Positions 8,896 to 18,362 of a stretch of DNA of 64,000 bases are shown in pieces. The stretch comes from an uncultured delta proteobacterium (GTDB lineage Bacteria > Myxococcota > Kuafuiibacteriia > Kuafuiibacteriales > Kuafuiibacteriaceae): positions 1,024,001 through 1,088,000 of the forward strand of contig CAWDML010000009.1 of assembly GCA_963803435.1 (NCBI GenBank), read 5' to 3'. The notes beneath the pieces were generated by a model, which ran no database searches, was not told where the DNA came from, and saw only the letters and a list, made by a program, of their open reading frames with translations. Positions within the stretch are counted from its first letter, which is position 1; the number at the start of each line of letters is the position of its first letter. A program made the translations under genes and the position numbers.

Positions 8896-9690
8896 GTGCG
8901 GACGATGCGAACCCTCCTCCCATTCCTCGCTGTTGCCCTCGTCGGCTGCGGCGGGCTCAGCTCCAACCCTGCCTCAGCGGTCCAGGAGCTTTTCGACGAG
9001 GAGTGTCAGCTCCTTGCGCAGCCCACCTGCCCGCAGTCGGCGTCCCCGTATGAGACCTGCATCTCCGAGTCCCCGAAGCACTTCGAGAAGTCGGCAGCGT
9101 GCATAGCGCGCCTGAAGGGCCACCTCGAATGCATCGAGGGTCTGGCGGATGCCTGCGACACGTCGGTCCGGAACCCCACCTGCGACACCGACGACTACTA
9201 CGCCTGCTACGGACCCGCGGAGGTCGGAGAGGGCGAGTTCTACCCGCGCGAGGTGGCCGATGAAGGCTTCCTTCCGGCGTCCGTCGAGGCTGGGGTCACC
9301 TACGACCTGGTGTTCTCGACGGCGACAAGCCAGCCGATCGACCTCGGCTCGCTGGATGCCTTCGTCCGCAACGAGGTCGGCGTCCAGGGCGTCAGCTCCA
9401 TCGTGGTCTCCAGGATGTGGGTCGAGCTTCACACCGCGGCGGACCTTCCGATGAGCCTCCAGACGATGAGCATCTACGTGCACTCGCTCCAGCTGGACAT
9501 CGGCGGTGTTCCCTTCTTCGAGCCCGACGAGGTTCCTCAGATGCAGACCTTGCTCGCCGAGCCCGGCGTCGACATCAAGCCCTACGTAGGTGACGGCCTC
9601 CGGCTGTCCGGGATGATCTCGCTGACGCCTCAGGGAGCGGCCACGCCCTTCAAGCTGAAGGTCCGCCTGCAGCTTCACGTCACAATCTGA
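8896..9690 (+). CDS. Hypothetical lipoprotein with Cys-rich N-terminal domain
   Basis: Lipobox LVGC; eight further Cys in the N-terminal third. Confidence 0.75.
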   Translation: MRTMRTLLPFLAVALVGCGGLSSNPASAVQELFDEECQLLAQPTCPQSASPYETCISESPKHFEKSAACIARLKGHLECIEGLADACDTSVRNPTCDTDDYYACYGPAEVGEGEFYPREVADEGFLPASVEAGVTYDLVFSTATSQPIDLGSLDAFVRNEVGVQGVSSIVVSRMWVELHTAADLPMSLQTMSIYVHSLQLDIGGVPFFEPDEVPQMQTLLAEPGVDIKPYVGDGLRLSGMISLTPQGAATPFKLKVRLQLHVTI

Positions 9691-9738
9691 CCGAGCGGCA
9701 TCGACAGGCCTTCCTGCCGATCGCTAAGATTCCGCCGC

Positions 9739-9978
9739 GTGGCGACCGTGAAGAAGAAGGCCAAGAAGACGCGAAGGACGCCCTCCAGCCTCAACAAGAG
9801 GGCGCTCTCGAAGCAGCTGACTCGACTCCAGAAGATCCTAGCCAAAGAAGCCAAGCGCCATCAGAGGGCCTTGATTGCCTCTCAAGCGGTGCCCGAGGAA
9901 GCCGACAGACATCTCGAAGTGCTCGCGTCGATCAATCAAGGCCTGGTCGACATCATCGACGGTCTCGACTTCTCGTGA
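9739..9978 (+). CDS. Small hypothetical protein (basic N-terminus, helical)
   Basis: 79-aa ORF; TCGACA-N18-TAAGAT promoter-like sequence at 9701-9730. Confidence 0.6.
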   Translation: MATVKKKAKKTRRTPSSLNKRALSKQLTRLQKILAKEAKRHQRALIASQAVPEEADRHLEVLASINQGLVDIIDGLDFS

Positions 9979-10471
9979 AGGTACCGGCGGTACCTGGCGA
10001 GGTACCATGAGCCATGCGCGCCGCCCTCTACGCCCGGAAGTCGACCGACGAACGCCAAGCGACCTCCCTTCAGCTCCAGACCTCTGAGGCTCGCGAGTAC
10101 GCCAAGACGAAGGGATGGACCATCGATGATCGGCACGTCTTCGTGGAGGAAGCGGTGTCACGTGCCGAGTTCGTCAAAAGGCCTGCGTGGTTCGCTCTTC
10201 AGGACGGGGCTAAGCGCGGTGATTTCGACGTGGTCATCGTGCGGGACGAGACGAGGATCGGCGGCGACACCGAGCGGACCGGTCTGTGGATCGTTGAGCT
10301 GTTGGAGACTGGTTGCCGACTCTTCTTCTACTTCGAGGACTTCGAGGTCGACTTCGACAAGGACCCCTCGAAGAAGCTCCTCCTCACTGTGAAGAACCTC
10401 GTCGCCGAACAAGAGCGGATCAAGATCTCACAGCGAACGCGGGAACACCTCTTCTACAAGGCCAAACTAGG

Positions 10472-12294
10472 CCCTGAAGAAGCGCCGATTTCGAGATCAA
10501 ACGGCTGAAAGCACCCGAAAAGCCTTCTTGCAAACCGAATCCGGCAACCACGCCGGACACGAAGGAGGCTTTTCAGGTGAACCGGAAGATACGACGAAGG
10601 CACGAGGCTGAGAAGCGACGAATCGAGCGCCGGCTCGCGAGCGCAGTCGTGGTGAACGAGGGTGGCCCGGTCCTCACCCGGGAGGGGGATCCGGTACGAA
10701 GTGGCCGAGAAGATCGGCGCGATCGCGTATGGGGGGATCGGTGCGATCCACCGGATGGTGAAGAAGCTGGGACTGGCGAAGCGGATCGACGAGAACCTCA
10801 ACCTCTTGAGGGTCCACCACCCGTATCACGAGTCCGACCACGTCCTGAACATCGCCTACAACGCGATCTTCGGCGGATGCACCCTGGACGACATCGAGCT
10901 CCGCCGGAACGATCGGATCTTCCTCGACTCACTGGGTGCGCGGAGCATCCCGGATCCGACGACGGCGGGCGACTTCTGCCGGCGCTTCGTCGCGGACGAC
11001 ATCGATGGGCTGATGGACGCGATCAATGAGACGCGCCTCGAGGTCTGGAGATCCCAGCCGAGATCGTTCTTCGAGGACACGGCGAGGATCGATGCGGACG
11101 GCAGCATGGTGCCCACGACCGGCGAGTGCAAGCAGGGCATGGACATCTCGTACAAGGGCGAGTGGGGCTACCACCCGCTCTTGGTCTCGTTCGCGAACAC
11201 GGGAGAGCCGTTGTTCCTGTTGAACCGCAGCGGCAACCGCCCCTCGCACGAGGGCGTGGTCGGGTACTACGACAAGGCGATCGCGCTCTGCCGCCGAGCT
11301 GGGTTCAAGGACATCCTGCTCCGGGGCGATACGGACTTCTCGCTCACGAGGGAGTTCGACCGTTGGACGGACGACGGAGTCCGCTTCGTGTTCGGGTACG
11401 ACGTCAAGGCAAACCTCGTCGCTTGGGCCGATTCGGCACCACAGGACCTCTACGAGGAGCTGGTGGCTCGGACGGAGCGCGAACTGAAGACGAGGCCCCG
11501 AGCTCGGCCAGAGCGCGTCAAGGAGCGCATCGTTCGGGAGCGCAAGTTCAAGAACGTCCGGACGAAGGACGAGGAGATCGTCGACTTCGAGTATCGCCCC
11601 ACCAAGTGCAAGCGGGACTACCGAATCGTCGCCCTGCGGAAGAACCTCTCGGTCGAGCGCGGAGAGAACGTGCTCTTCGAGGACGTCCGCTACTTCTTCT
11701 ACGTCACGAACGACGGGAAGCTCTCGGCACGCGAGGTGATCGAGGAAGCCCGCCAGCGGTGCAACCAGGAGAACCTGATCGAGCAGCTGAAGAACGGCGT
11801 CCGTGCTCTTCACGCACCAGTCAACACGCTCGACGCGAACTGGGCCTACATGGTGATGACCGCGCTCGCCTGGAGTCTCAAGGCATGGGTCGGCATGCTC
11901 CTGCCCATCAGCGGGCGGTGGAAGAGCCGACACGAAGCCGAGCGACAAGAGATCATCCGGATGGACTTCCGGACCTTCCTCGCCACCTTCGTAAACGTCC
12001 CCGCTCAGATCGTGCGAACTGGGCGTCGCATCATCTATCGGTTGCTTGCCTGGACGCCCAGGCAGCATCTGCTCCTCCGCTTCCTCGAAGCGACGTAGAG
12101 TGCGGAGGAGATCCACTGTCCGCGCGACTTCGCCGCGAGGACATCGACTTAGACTTAGAAGGGAGGGATCCCTGCTCGACAAAACCTGACTATCGGCTGG
12201 GTGCCCAGCGACGCACCGGTGTCTCGTCTCGGGCCGATCATTCCGATGTCAACTTGCCTTGCACCCCGCGCGCCAAGCGGACGCTTGTTTTGGG
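10472..12294 (+). mobile_element. IS1380-family insertion sequence
   Basis: Imperfect terminal IRs CCCTGAAGAAGCG / CCCAAAACAAGCG (10 of 13 match); flanking direct repeat ACTAGG at 10466-10471 and 12295-12300. Confidence 0.9.
10577..12098 (+). CDS. IS1380 DDE transposase (one extra base near 10678)
   Basis: IPDPTTAGDFCRRF, IDADGS, GYHPLLVS, LRGDTDF, RCNQENLIEQLK; N-terminus MNRKIRRR...GPVL is in the adjacent frame. Confidence 0.92.
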
Positions 12295-13432
12295 ACTAGG
12301 GCTCAACCCCGGCGGCTCCTGTTACGGCTACCACAACATCCGCAACGAGAATGGCGACGCGCTCTTGGAGATCGTCCCAGAGGAGGCTGAGCTTGTCCGG
12401 CGGATCTTCGAGCTTCGAGCTTCGGGCGAGGGCTACCGTTCCATCGCCTATCGGCTCAACGAGGAGAAGGTTCCGCCTCCGTCGCAAGGGCGTCGAGGAA
12501 CGGCGAGCTGGTCTCATACTCAGGTCCGCTCGATGCTGCACAACGAGCGGTATGTCGGCAGGCTCATCTACGGTCGCTCCCGGAAGGGCTACAAAGGCGG
12601 CACGAAGATCCGGATGACGACCGAGGTGAGCGAGCAGATCACGTACAACAACGAGGCTCTTCGCATCGTCCCCGAAGCACTATGGAGAGCAGTGAGAAAG
12701 CTGGACCAGAAGCGCGAGGCGCAGAAGGGCGAGAAGGGCGGCAGCTCAAAGACGCGCCACCTGCTCTCGACCTTCGCACGCTGCGGAGTGTGCGGCGGCT
12801 CCATCTCCACGACCACCGGACGATGGGGCACCAACCCGACCGCGAAGCTCTACCACTGCTCGAAGAACCACTCTCGCGGCGCCACCGTCTGCGGCAACAA
12901 CCTTCGCCGCCCAGTCAACGAGATCAACTCGCTCGTCATCGACTGGATCCAGACCGAGATCCTCTCGGAGGAGTACGTCCTCGCCGCCATCTCTGAGGTG
13001 AAGCGGCGCCTGAAGGAGCGGGCGAAGACGGCCGGCCCCGACTCCCGGAAGCTGGAAAGCGAGCGCAGGAAGCTGGCGAACCAGATCGACGCTCTCACCG
13101 AGACCCTCTCCGACGCTCCCAGGGCCGCGCGCGCGGCGATCGTCTCGAAGCTCGACGAGAAGCAGCGCCATCTCTCCGAGCTGGAGGCCAAGCTCGCCTC
13201 TTCCCGCGTCGCCCCTGACGCCATCGACAAGGAGCTTCGTCGCCTGGAGCGCGAAGCTAAGGTTCACCTGAAAGAGCTTCGGGCGGCGCTGGAGGGCGAC
13301 GTCGAGACAGCTCGTCGCATCCTCGAACAGGTCATCGACGGAGGCCTCACGTTCACGCCCGAGAATGAGCGTGGAGACCGCCGTTTTCGAATTGAAGGCA
13401 ACCTGAGCGCTTCGGCGTTGGCGAGCTGGAAA

Positions 13433-13506
13433 CGTCCCCAAGGGGATTTGAACCCCTGTTGCTGGCGTGAAAAGCCAGAGTCCTGGGCCAACTAGACGAT
13501 GGGGAC
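13433..13506 (-). tRNA. tRNA-Glu (anticodon TTC), CCA not encoded
   Basis: GTCCCCA/TGGGGAC acceptor stem, CTGGC-TTTTCAC-GCCAG anticodon arm, AGGGG-TTCAAAT-CCCCT T arm. Confidence 0.97.
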
Positions 13507-13546
13507 TCCGCCGAGCGTATCGACCGAACCGGGTGTCATGTCAAGA

Positions 13547-14038
13547 TCACGGTGCCTTGCACGCGGCGCCGACCAGCGGTGCCGGGGGGCAGAGCGCGGG
13601 GGACGCCTTGGGCGCCAGCGTCAGGGTGCGGCGCACGTCGGTATTGGTGTCCAGCCAGTCCGTGCAGGCCTCGTAGCGGTAGACCTGCTCGGGGGGATCC
13701 TCGCCGTCGAAGCAGGTGCAGACGTTGGAGTCGGGGTCGAGCTCGGTCTCTGGAATGCAAGGTGGGTTGCAGTGTTCCCATCCTTGGATCCAGACGTAGA
13801 AGCTGGTCCCGGGGACGAGGGCGCCGGGGAGCTTGGGGGTGTCGGCGCCGTCGATCGGGATGTTCTGGGCGAGCACGGGCTTGTCGCTGTCGCAGCGGCG
13901 GACGATCAGGCGGAGGCGGGTGAGGTCGGAGAGCTCGGGGGTGCCGTCGCCGCGGAGGAGGAGGACGGAGACCGTCGGGGGGCCGCTGCAGGCGGGGAGC
14001 GCGAGGGCGAGCGCGAGGAGGGCCGAGCGGGACGTCAT
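13547..14038 (-). CDS. Cys-rich lipoprotein
   Basis: MTSRSALLALALALPAC lipobox; ATGA overlap with the upstream gene. Confidence 0.8.
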   Translation of the reverse strand: MTSRSALLALALALPACSGPPTVSVLLLRGDGTPELSDLTRLRLIVRRCDSDKPVLAQNIPIDGADTPKLPGALVPGTSFYVWIQGWEHCNPPCIPETELDPDSNVCTCFDGEDPPEQVYRYEACTDWLDTNTDVRRTLTLAPKASPALCPPAPLVGAACKAP

Positions 14039-15372
14039 GGGAACAGTACCTGGAAGTTGGTGCGATTGGGCGTGCGGTTGCCGGCCCAGATGGCGACGCC
14101 GGTGCCGGCGCCGGCGGCAGCGACGCCGATGATCGTCCAGAACCACCACTTTTGGACGACGGAGTTGTTCTCGGCGATCGGTGGGGGTGGGGGCGGAGGG
14201 AACGGATTGGGGGGCGGGGGCTCGACGTCGAGGGGCGGCGGAGGCGGCGGCGTAACGGCGGGAGTGCCCACGCCCTCGTAGAGGCGCGCGGCCAGCTGCT
14301 CGGCGGGGTGGGCGGTGCCGTCGGGCGAGAGCTCGAGCTCGCCCTTGCGCTTGTCGACGAAGAGCAGCGCGCCCACGCGGCCGACGACGGCGGCGGTGCG
14401 CTCGTCCTCGACGTCGCCGGGGAGCTCTGCGCGAACGATCGCGAGCAGATCGCCGTTGGCGCCGTGGAGCGCGGTGAGGAGGAAGCGGTGGGCGTCGGCG
14501 TCGCTCTTGATCGCCACCAGCAGAACGCCCTCGCTTTGGGCCAGCCGGGCGGCGCGCGCGGCGGCCTTGGTCGCGGCGGCGATGCCCTCGCGGTTCTCGA
14601 CGGCGGCGAGGAGGGCGTTGCGGGCGTCCTCGGCGGGACCGCTGCGCTCGACCTCGACCTTGGACTCCTGTCCGGCGGCGACGCGCACGGTCTCGTACGA
14701 GAAGCCGTAGGGCCAGCGGGCGACGAGGTAGTGCTTGCCGGGGAGGATCCGCGTGGCGAGGAGCGGGGCGTGGCCGAGGGGCTGGCCGTCGATCTGGACC
14801 GTGCAACCGTCGCAGCGCACGTTGATCGTGCCGGCGGCGCCGAGCTCCTCCTTGGCGTCGGTCCACAGTCGGACGAGCCCAGCGGGGTGCGTCCTGATCG
14901 TGGGGACGTGCGCGGGCGAGAGCGCGGCGAGCTGCTTGAGCGTGGTCTTGGCTGCGGTGCGCTCGCCGCTCTGGAACTGGGCTTCGGCCTTGGCGAGGAG
15001 CGTGTCGTGGAAGAGCTCGTAGTCGAGGAGCTGGACGAGGCGCGTCTCGAAGACGGCGATCGCTTGATCGAACTTCTTGAGCGCACGCGGCGTCTTGAAC
15101 TCGAGCGCCAGGTTGATCGCCTCGTCCTTGAGGCGGGCGACCAGCGCGGCTTCCGCGGCGAGCAGGCGCGCGTCGAGCGCGTGGCCCGACGCGTCGACGA
15201 GACGGAAGGAGTCGTAGCCGTCGAGGTCGTCGAGGAGGAGTCGTTCGAGCTGGTCGGCTTGCGCGGGCGGAAGGGGGCCGCGCTCGACGCCGATCCATGC
15301 GAGTCGGGCTGGATCTGCGCGAGCGGTGGAGACAGCCAGGAGGCTGATCACAAGCGTGAGATACCGGCGCAT
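14035..15372 (-). CDS. Exported TPR-like/PEGA-domain protein with Pro-rich linker and C-terminal hydrophobic segment
   Basis: Signal peptide ending ARA; VQIDGQPLGHAPL...PGKHYL PEGA pattern; KWWFWTIIGV. Confidence 0.8.
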   Translation of the reverse strand: MRRYLTLVISLLAVSTARADPARLAWIGVERGPLPPAQADQLERLLLDDLDGYDSFRLVDASGHALDARLLAAEAALVARLKDEAINLALEFKTPRALKKFDQAIAVFETRLVQLLDYELFHDTLLAKAEAQFQSGERTAAKTTLKQLAALSPAHVPTIRTHPAGLVRLWTDAKEELGAAGTINVRCDGCTVQIDGQPLGHAPLLATRILPGKHYLVARWPYGFSYETVRVAAGQESKVEVERSGPAEDARNALLAAVENREGIAAATKAAARAARLAQSEGVLLVAIKSDADAHRFLLTALHGANGDLLAIVRAELPGDVEDERTAAVVGRVGALLFVDKRKGELELSPDGTAHPAEQLAARLYEGVGTPAVTPPPPPPLDVEPPPPNPFPPPPPPPIAENNSVVQKWWFWTIIGVAAAGAGTGVAIWAGNRTPNRTNFQVLFP

Positions 15373-15462
15373 GCGCGGATCCGCTCCGGCGAGAGCCTAC
15401 GGCGCCTCCGGACCCGTCGCCACATATGCTAGGATCACGGCGGAAATCACCCTAGGAACCCC

Positions 15463-17904
15463 GTGGAGCCCACCGCCGACAGGAACCCAGGCCCGGGCGC
15501 CGACCTCAGCACCCGCGAGCTCCTCGAGATGGGGTGCGGCCGCCAGATCGGCCGCTACACGCTGCTCCGGCGGATCGCCGCCGGCGGGATGGCCGAGGTC
15601 TACAGCGCGTATTCGCCGGGCTTGATGGCGGGCTTCGAGAAGAAGGTCGCGATCAAGAAGATCCTTCCGCAGCACTCTCACAACGAGCGCTTCATCGACA
15701 TGCTGGTCGACGAAGCCAAGATCACCGTCTCGCTGACCCATCCCAACATCGCGCAGGTCTACGAGCTCGGCCTCGACGGTGAGGACTACTTCATCGTGAT
15801 GGAGTTCGTCGACGGACGCCCGCTCAACCGGCTCATGCAGCGCGTCGACGAGCGCGGTCTCAATGTCATACCGGTCGAGTTCTGCGCACACGTGATGGCC
15901 GAGATCGCGAAGGGGCTCGAGCACGCGCACAACCAGAAGGACCAGCGCGGGCGGGCCCTCGGGATCGTTCACCGCGACGTCTCGCCGCAGAACGTGCTGA
16001 TCTCGTTCGTCGGCGACGTCAAGCTGATCGACTTCGGGATCGCGCGTGCCGAGGGCCGCGTGAACCAGACCAGCCACGGCGTCATCAAGGGCAAGCTCCG
16101 CTACCTGGCCCCCGAGATCGCGGCGGGCGACGAGCCCGACCAACGCGCCGACATCTTCTGCTGCGGGATCGTCCTGTTCGAGATGCTCACTGGTGAGGCG
16201 ATGTTCGCGCCCAAGACGGACCTCGAGGCGATCGAGCTGGCGACGCAGGCGCGCGTGAAGTCGCCCCGCTCGCGCAACCCGAAGGTGCCGCAGGATCTCG
16301 ACGACATCGTGATGAAGGCGCTCCGCCGTGATCGCGAGGAGCGGTACCAGAGCGCCAAGGACCTCTACCGGGACCTCCGGCGCTTCCTCAACCAGCACGA
16401 TCCTTCCTTCGTCGGCAGCGAGCTCGGCGACTTCATGGCCCAGATGTTCGAGCGGGAGATCGGCGACGATCAGCGCCTCGACACCATCGCCGAGCGCGTC
16501 GCCATGAAGCGCAGCGGGACGCTCGACGAGGATCCGGAGGAGGATCCCACGCTCCACGCCACGCCGGGAGCCCTGATCGGCGGTGATCGCGGATATAAGC
16601 AGCTCGTCACCCGGCTGGGGATCCCGATCGGTGACGAGAAGTTCCGGCTGGCCGGCGCGGACGGCGGACGTCCGATGTCGATCGTGGTGGACGACAACTC
16701 CGATCGACCGTTGATCCGGGACGGCTCCGCTGCGCCGCCGCTCGGGACGCTGCCGCCGCAGACCGAGCGCGACCCGGAGTACGTCTCTCCGGCGGAGCCC
16801 ACCGTCAAAGCCGACAATCCGTTCGTCAACTCGGGCCCGAGCGTGGTGCCCACGGTGATGGAGGCGGCGCCAGAGACGTTGGTCCCTGACTCCCTGACCC
16901 CGGACCTGACCGACACCCGGGACGAGTCGAGCGACTCGAACGATCAGAACGGCACGCTCAAGGCCGGGGTCCACCAGCGGACCCAATCACTCCACGTCTG
17001 GGAGGGACGCTCGAGCGAGGTCGTGATCCCGAACGATCCGACCTACCGGAACGCGCTCACGGGGCCCAACGTGCTCCCCCGGCGGGGGCCCAACCTGGCG
17101 TACGTCGTCACGTTCGGCGCGATCGTGCTCGCGCTGGGTGCGACGGCCTGGTTGATCGCGCCGGAGTCGGAGGAGGAGAAGGTGGTGATCGCGCCGCAGG
17201 TCGATCCGGCGATCCAGCTGCCGCCGATCGCGATCGATCAGGACAAGGCGATGGCCGCGCCCAAGGATGCGGCGCAGATCCACCTCGCCGTGGCCCCGGA
17301 GGGTGTCCCGGTCACCGTCACCGTCGATGGGCTCACCAAGGCCAGCCAGGAGCACACGCCGCTGGATCTGGGGCCGTTCACTCCGGAGAGCCTCCACGCG
17401 ATCGTGGTCAGCGCCGACGGCTACGTGACGCGCGAGCTCAAACGCGTCCTCGGCCCGGGCACCAACACGATCGAGCTCAAGCTCGAGCCGGCGCTGGGTA
17501 CGATCCGCCTCCGCGGGATCCGCGACGGCAGGGTCGAGATCAGCCTGGGGCAGCTCGAGCGCGACCGGATCGTCGACATCCCCCTCGACTCGAAGGTCAG
17601 GATCAGCGTCGACTGGCCCGGCGCCAGGCCGTACGTCACCAGCGTCGACGTCAAGACGCTCGACGAGATCACCGTCAACGTCCCCCCGCCGCGCCGGCTG
17701 GCCAAGGGCACGTTGATCATCAACTCCCGGCCCATGAGCGACGTGTACGTCGATCACAAGTGGGTCGGTAAGACGCCGAGACGCGTTCGACTCCCCGCCG
17801 GGACCCACCGCGTCCTGCTGAAGAGCCCGGACGGGCGGACGATGGGCTTCAGCCGAAAGATCAACCCGGGAAAGAAGACCACGTTCACCTATCAGTGGCG
17901 TTGA
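15463..17904 (+). CDS. Membrane Ser/Thr protein kinase with periplasmic PEGA domains
   Basis: IAAGGMAEV, VAIKK, HRDVSPQN, DFG, YLAPE; TM segment; C-terminal VYVD..WVGKTP..LPAGTH. Confidence 0.93.
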   Translation: MEPTADRNPGPGADLSTRELLEMGCGRQIGRYTLLRRIAAGGMAEVYSAYSPGLMAGFEKKVAIKKILPQHSHNERFIDMLVDEAKITVSLTHPNIAQVYELGLDGEDYFIVMEFVDGRPLNRLMQRVDERGLNVIPVEFCAHVMAEIAKGLEHAHNQKDQRGRALGIVHRDVSPQNVLISFVGDVKLIDFGIARAEGRVNQTSHGVIKGKLRYLAPEIAAGDEPDQRADIFCCGIVLFEMLTGEAMFAPKTDLEAIELATQARVKSPRSRNPKVPQDLDDIVMKALRRDREERYQSAKDLYRDLRRFLNQHDPSFVGSELGDFMAQMFEREIGDDQRLDTIAERVAMKRSGTLDEDPEEDPTLHATPGALIGGDRGYKQLVTRLGIPIGDEKFRLAGADGGRPMSIVVDDNSDRPLIRDGSAAPPLGTLPPQTERDPEYVSPAEPTVKADNPFVNSGPSVVPTVMEAAPETLVPDSLTPDLTDTRDESSDSNDQNGTLKAGVHQRTQSLHVWEGRSSEVVIPNDPTYRNALTGPNVLPRRGPNLAYVVTFGAIVLALGATAWLIAPESEEEKVVIAPQVDPAIQLPPIAIDQDKAMAAPKDAAQIHLAVAPEGVPVTVTVDGLTKASQEHTPLDLGPFTPESLHAIVVSADGYVTRELKRVLGPGTNTIELKLEPALGTIRLRGIRDGRVEISLGQLERDRIVDIPLDSKVRISVDWPGARPYVTSVDVKTLDEITVNVPPPRRLAKGTLIINSRPMSDVYVDHKWVGKTPRRVRLPAGTHRVLLKSPDGRTMGFSRKINPGKKTTFTYQWR

Positions 17905-17907
17905 GGT

Positions 17908-18339
17908 ATGTACGGGGCCAGCATGAAGCGGATCGCGGCTCTCGCCCTGGCCCTCCTCGGAAGCGCTGCTTGCGGCGACATCGGGAACGTTCGAGTGAAC
18001 CTCGAGTTTCCGGACGAGGAGACCGAGTTGAGGACGCGCGCGCTCCTCTTCGTCGTGCGCGAGGTACCGAAGGACCGCGGCGGCTGCGAGGACCTGTGGC
18101 GGGACATGCAGCCGAGCGGGCTCGGTGAGCTGCGCACCGTGGTCGAGTATCCGAACCGCAACGACGTCGTGGGTGCGCCGGTCAAGCTCTCGGAGTATCC
18201 CGCGCTGACGCTCCTCGTGTACGCCCATCCCTCCCGCGACGTCACCACGTCGACGCCGATCGCCGGCGGCTGCACCGAGACGGCGATCGACGCCGAGTCG
18301 ACGCAGGAGGTGACGGTCGCGCTCGAGGCCAAGCCTTAG
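17908..18339 (+). CDS. Hypothetical lipoprotein
   Basis: MKRIAALALALLGSAAC lipobox. Confidence 0.75.
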   Translation: MYGASMKRIAALALALLGSAACGDIGNVRVNLEFPDEETELRTRALLFVVREVPKDRGGCEDLWRDMQPSGLGELRTVVEYPNRNDVVGAPVKLSEYPALTLLVYAHPSRDVTTSTPIAGGCTETAIDAESTQEVTVALEAKP

Positions 18340-18362
18340 AAGACTCCGCGGGCGAAGCAAGC

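Larger units (their letters stand above)
8769..13443. mobile_element. Small tRNA-Glu-integrated element (lipoprotein, small ORF, serine recombinase, nested IS1380)
   Basis: Flanked by 12-bp direct repeats; the recombinase abuts the tRNA 3' end. Confidence 0.65.
10014..13495 (+). pseudogene. Large serine recombinase interrupted by IS1380 (10014-10471 joined to 12301-13495, 550 aa)
   Basis: YARKS catalytic motif; the junction reads ...KAKLG-LNPGGSCYGY in frame; recombinase domain, CGVCGG Zn ribbon and coiled coil. Confidence 0.92.

Noticed and set aside
10670-10690. Programmed frameshift in the transposase
   Set aside because: No slippery heptamer is visible, IS1380 normally has a single ORF, and similar indels occur throughout the window.
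11126-13495. 789-aa ORF
   Set aside because: It is a chimera of an off-frame IS1380 reading and the recombinase 3' half.
13514-13544. tRNA promoter TTGACA...TACGCT on the minus strand
   Set aside because: The 19-bp spacer is atypical. It is plausible but not supported well enough to annotate.
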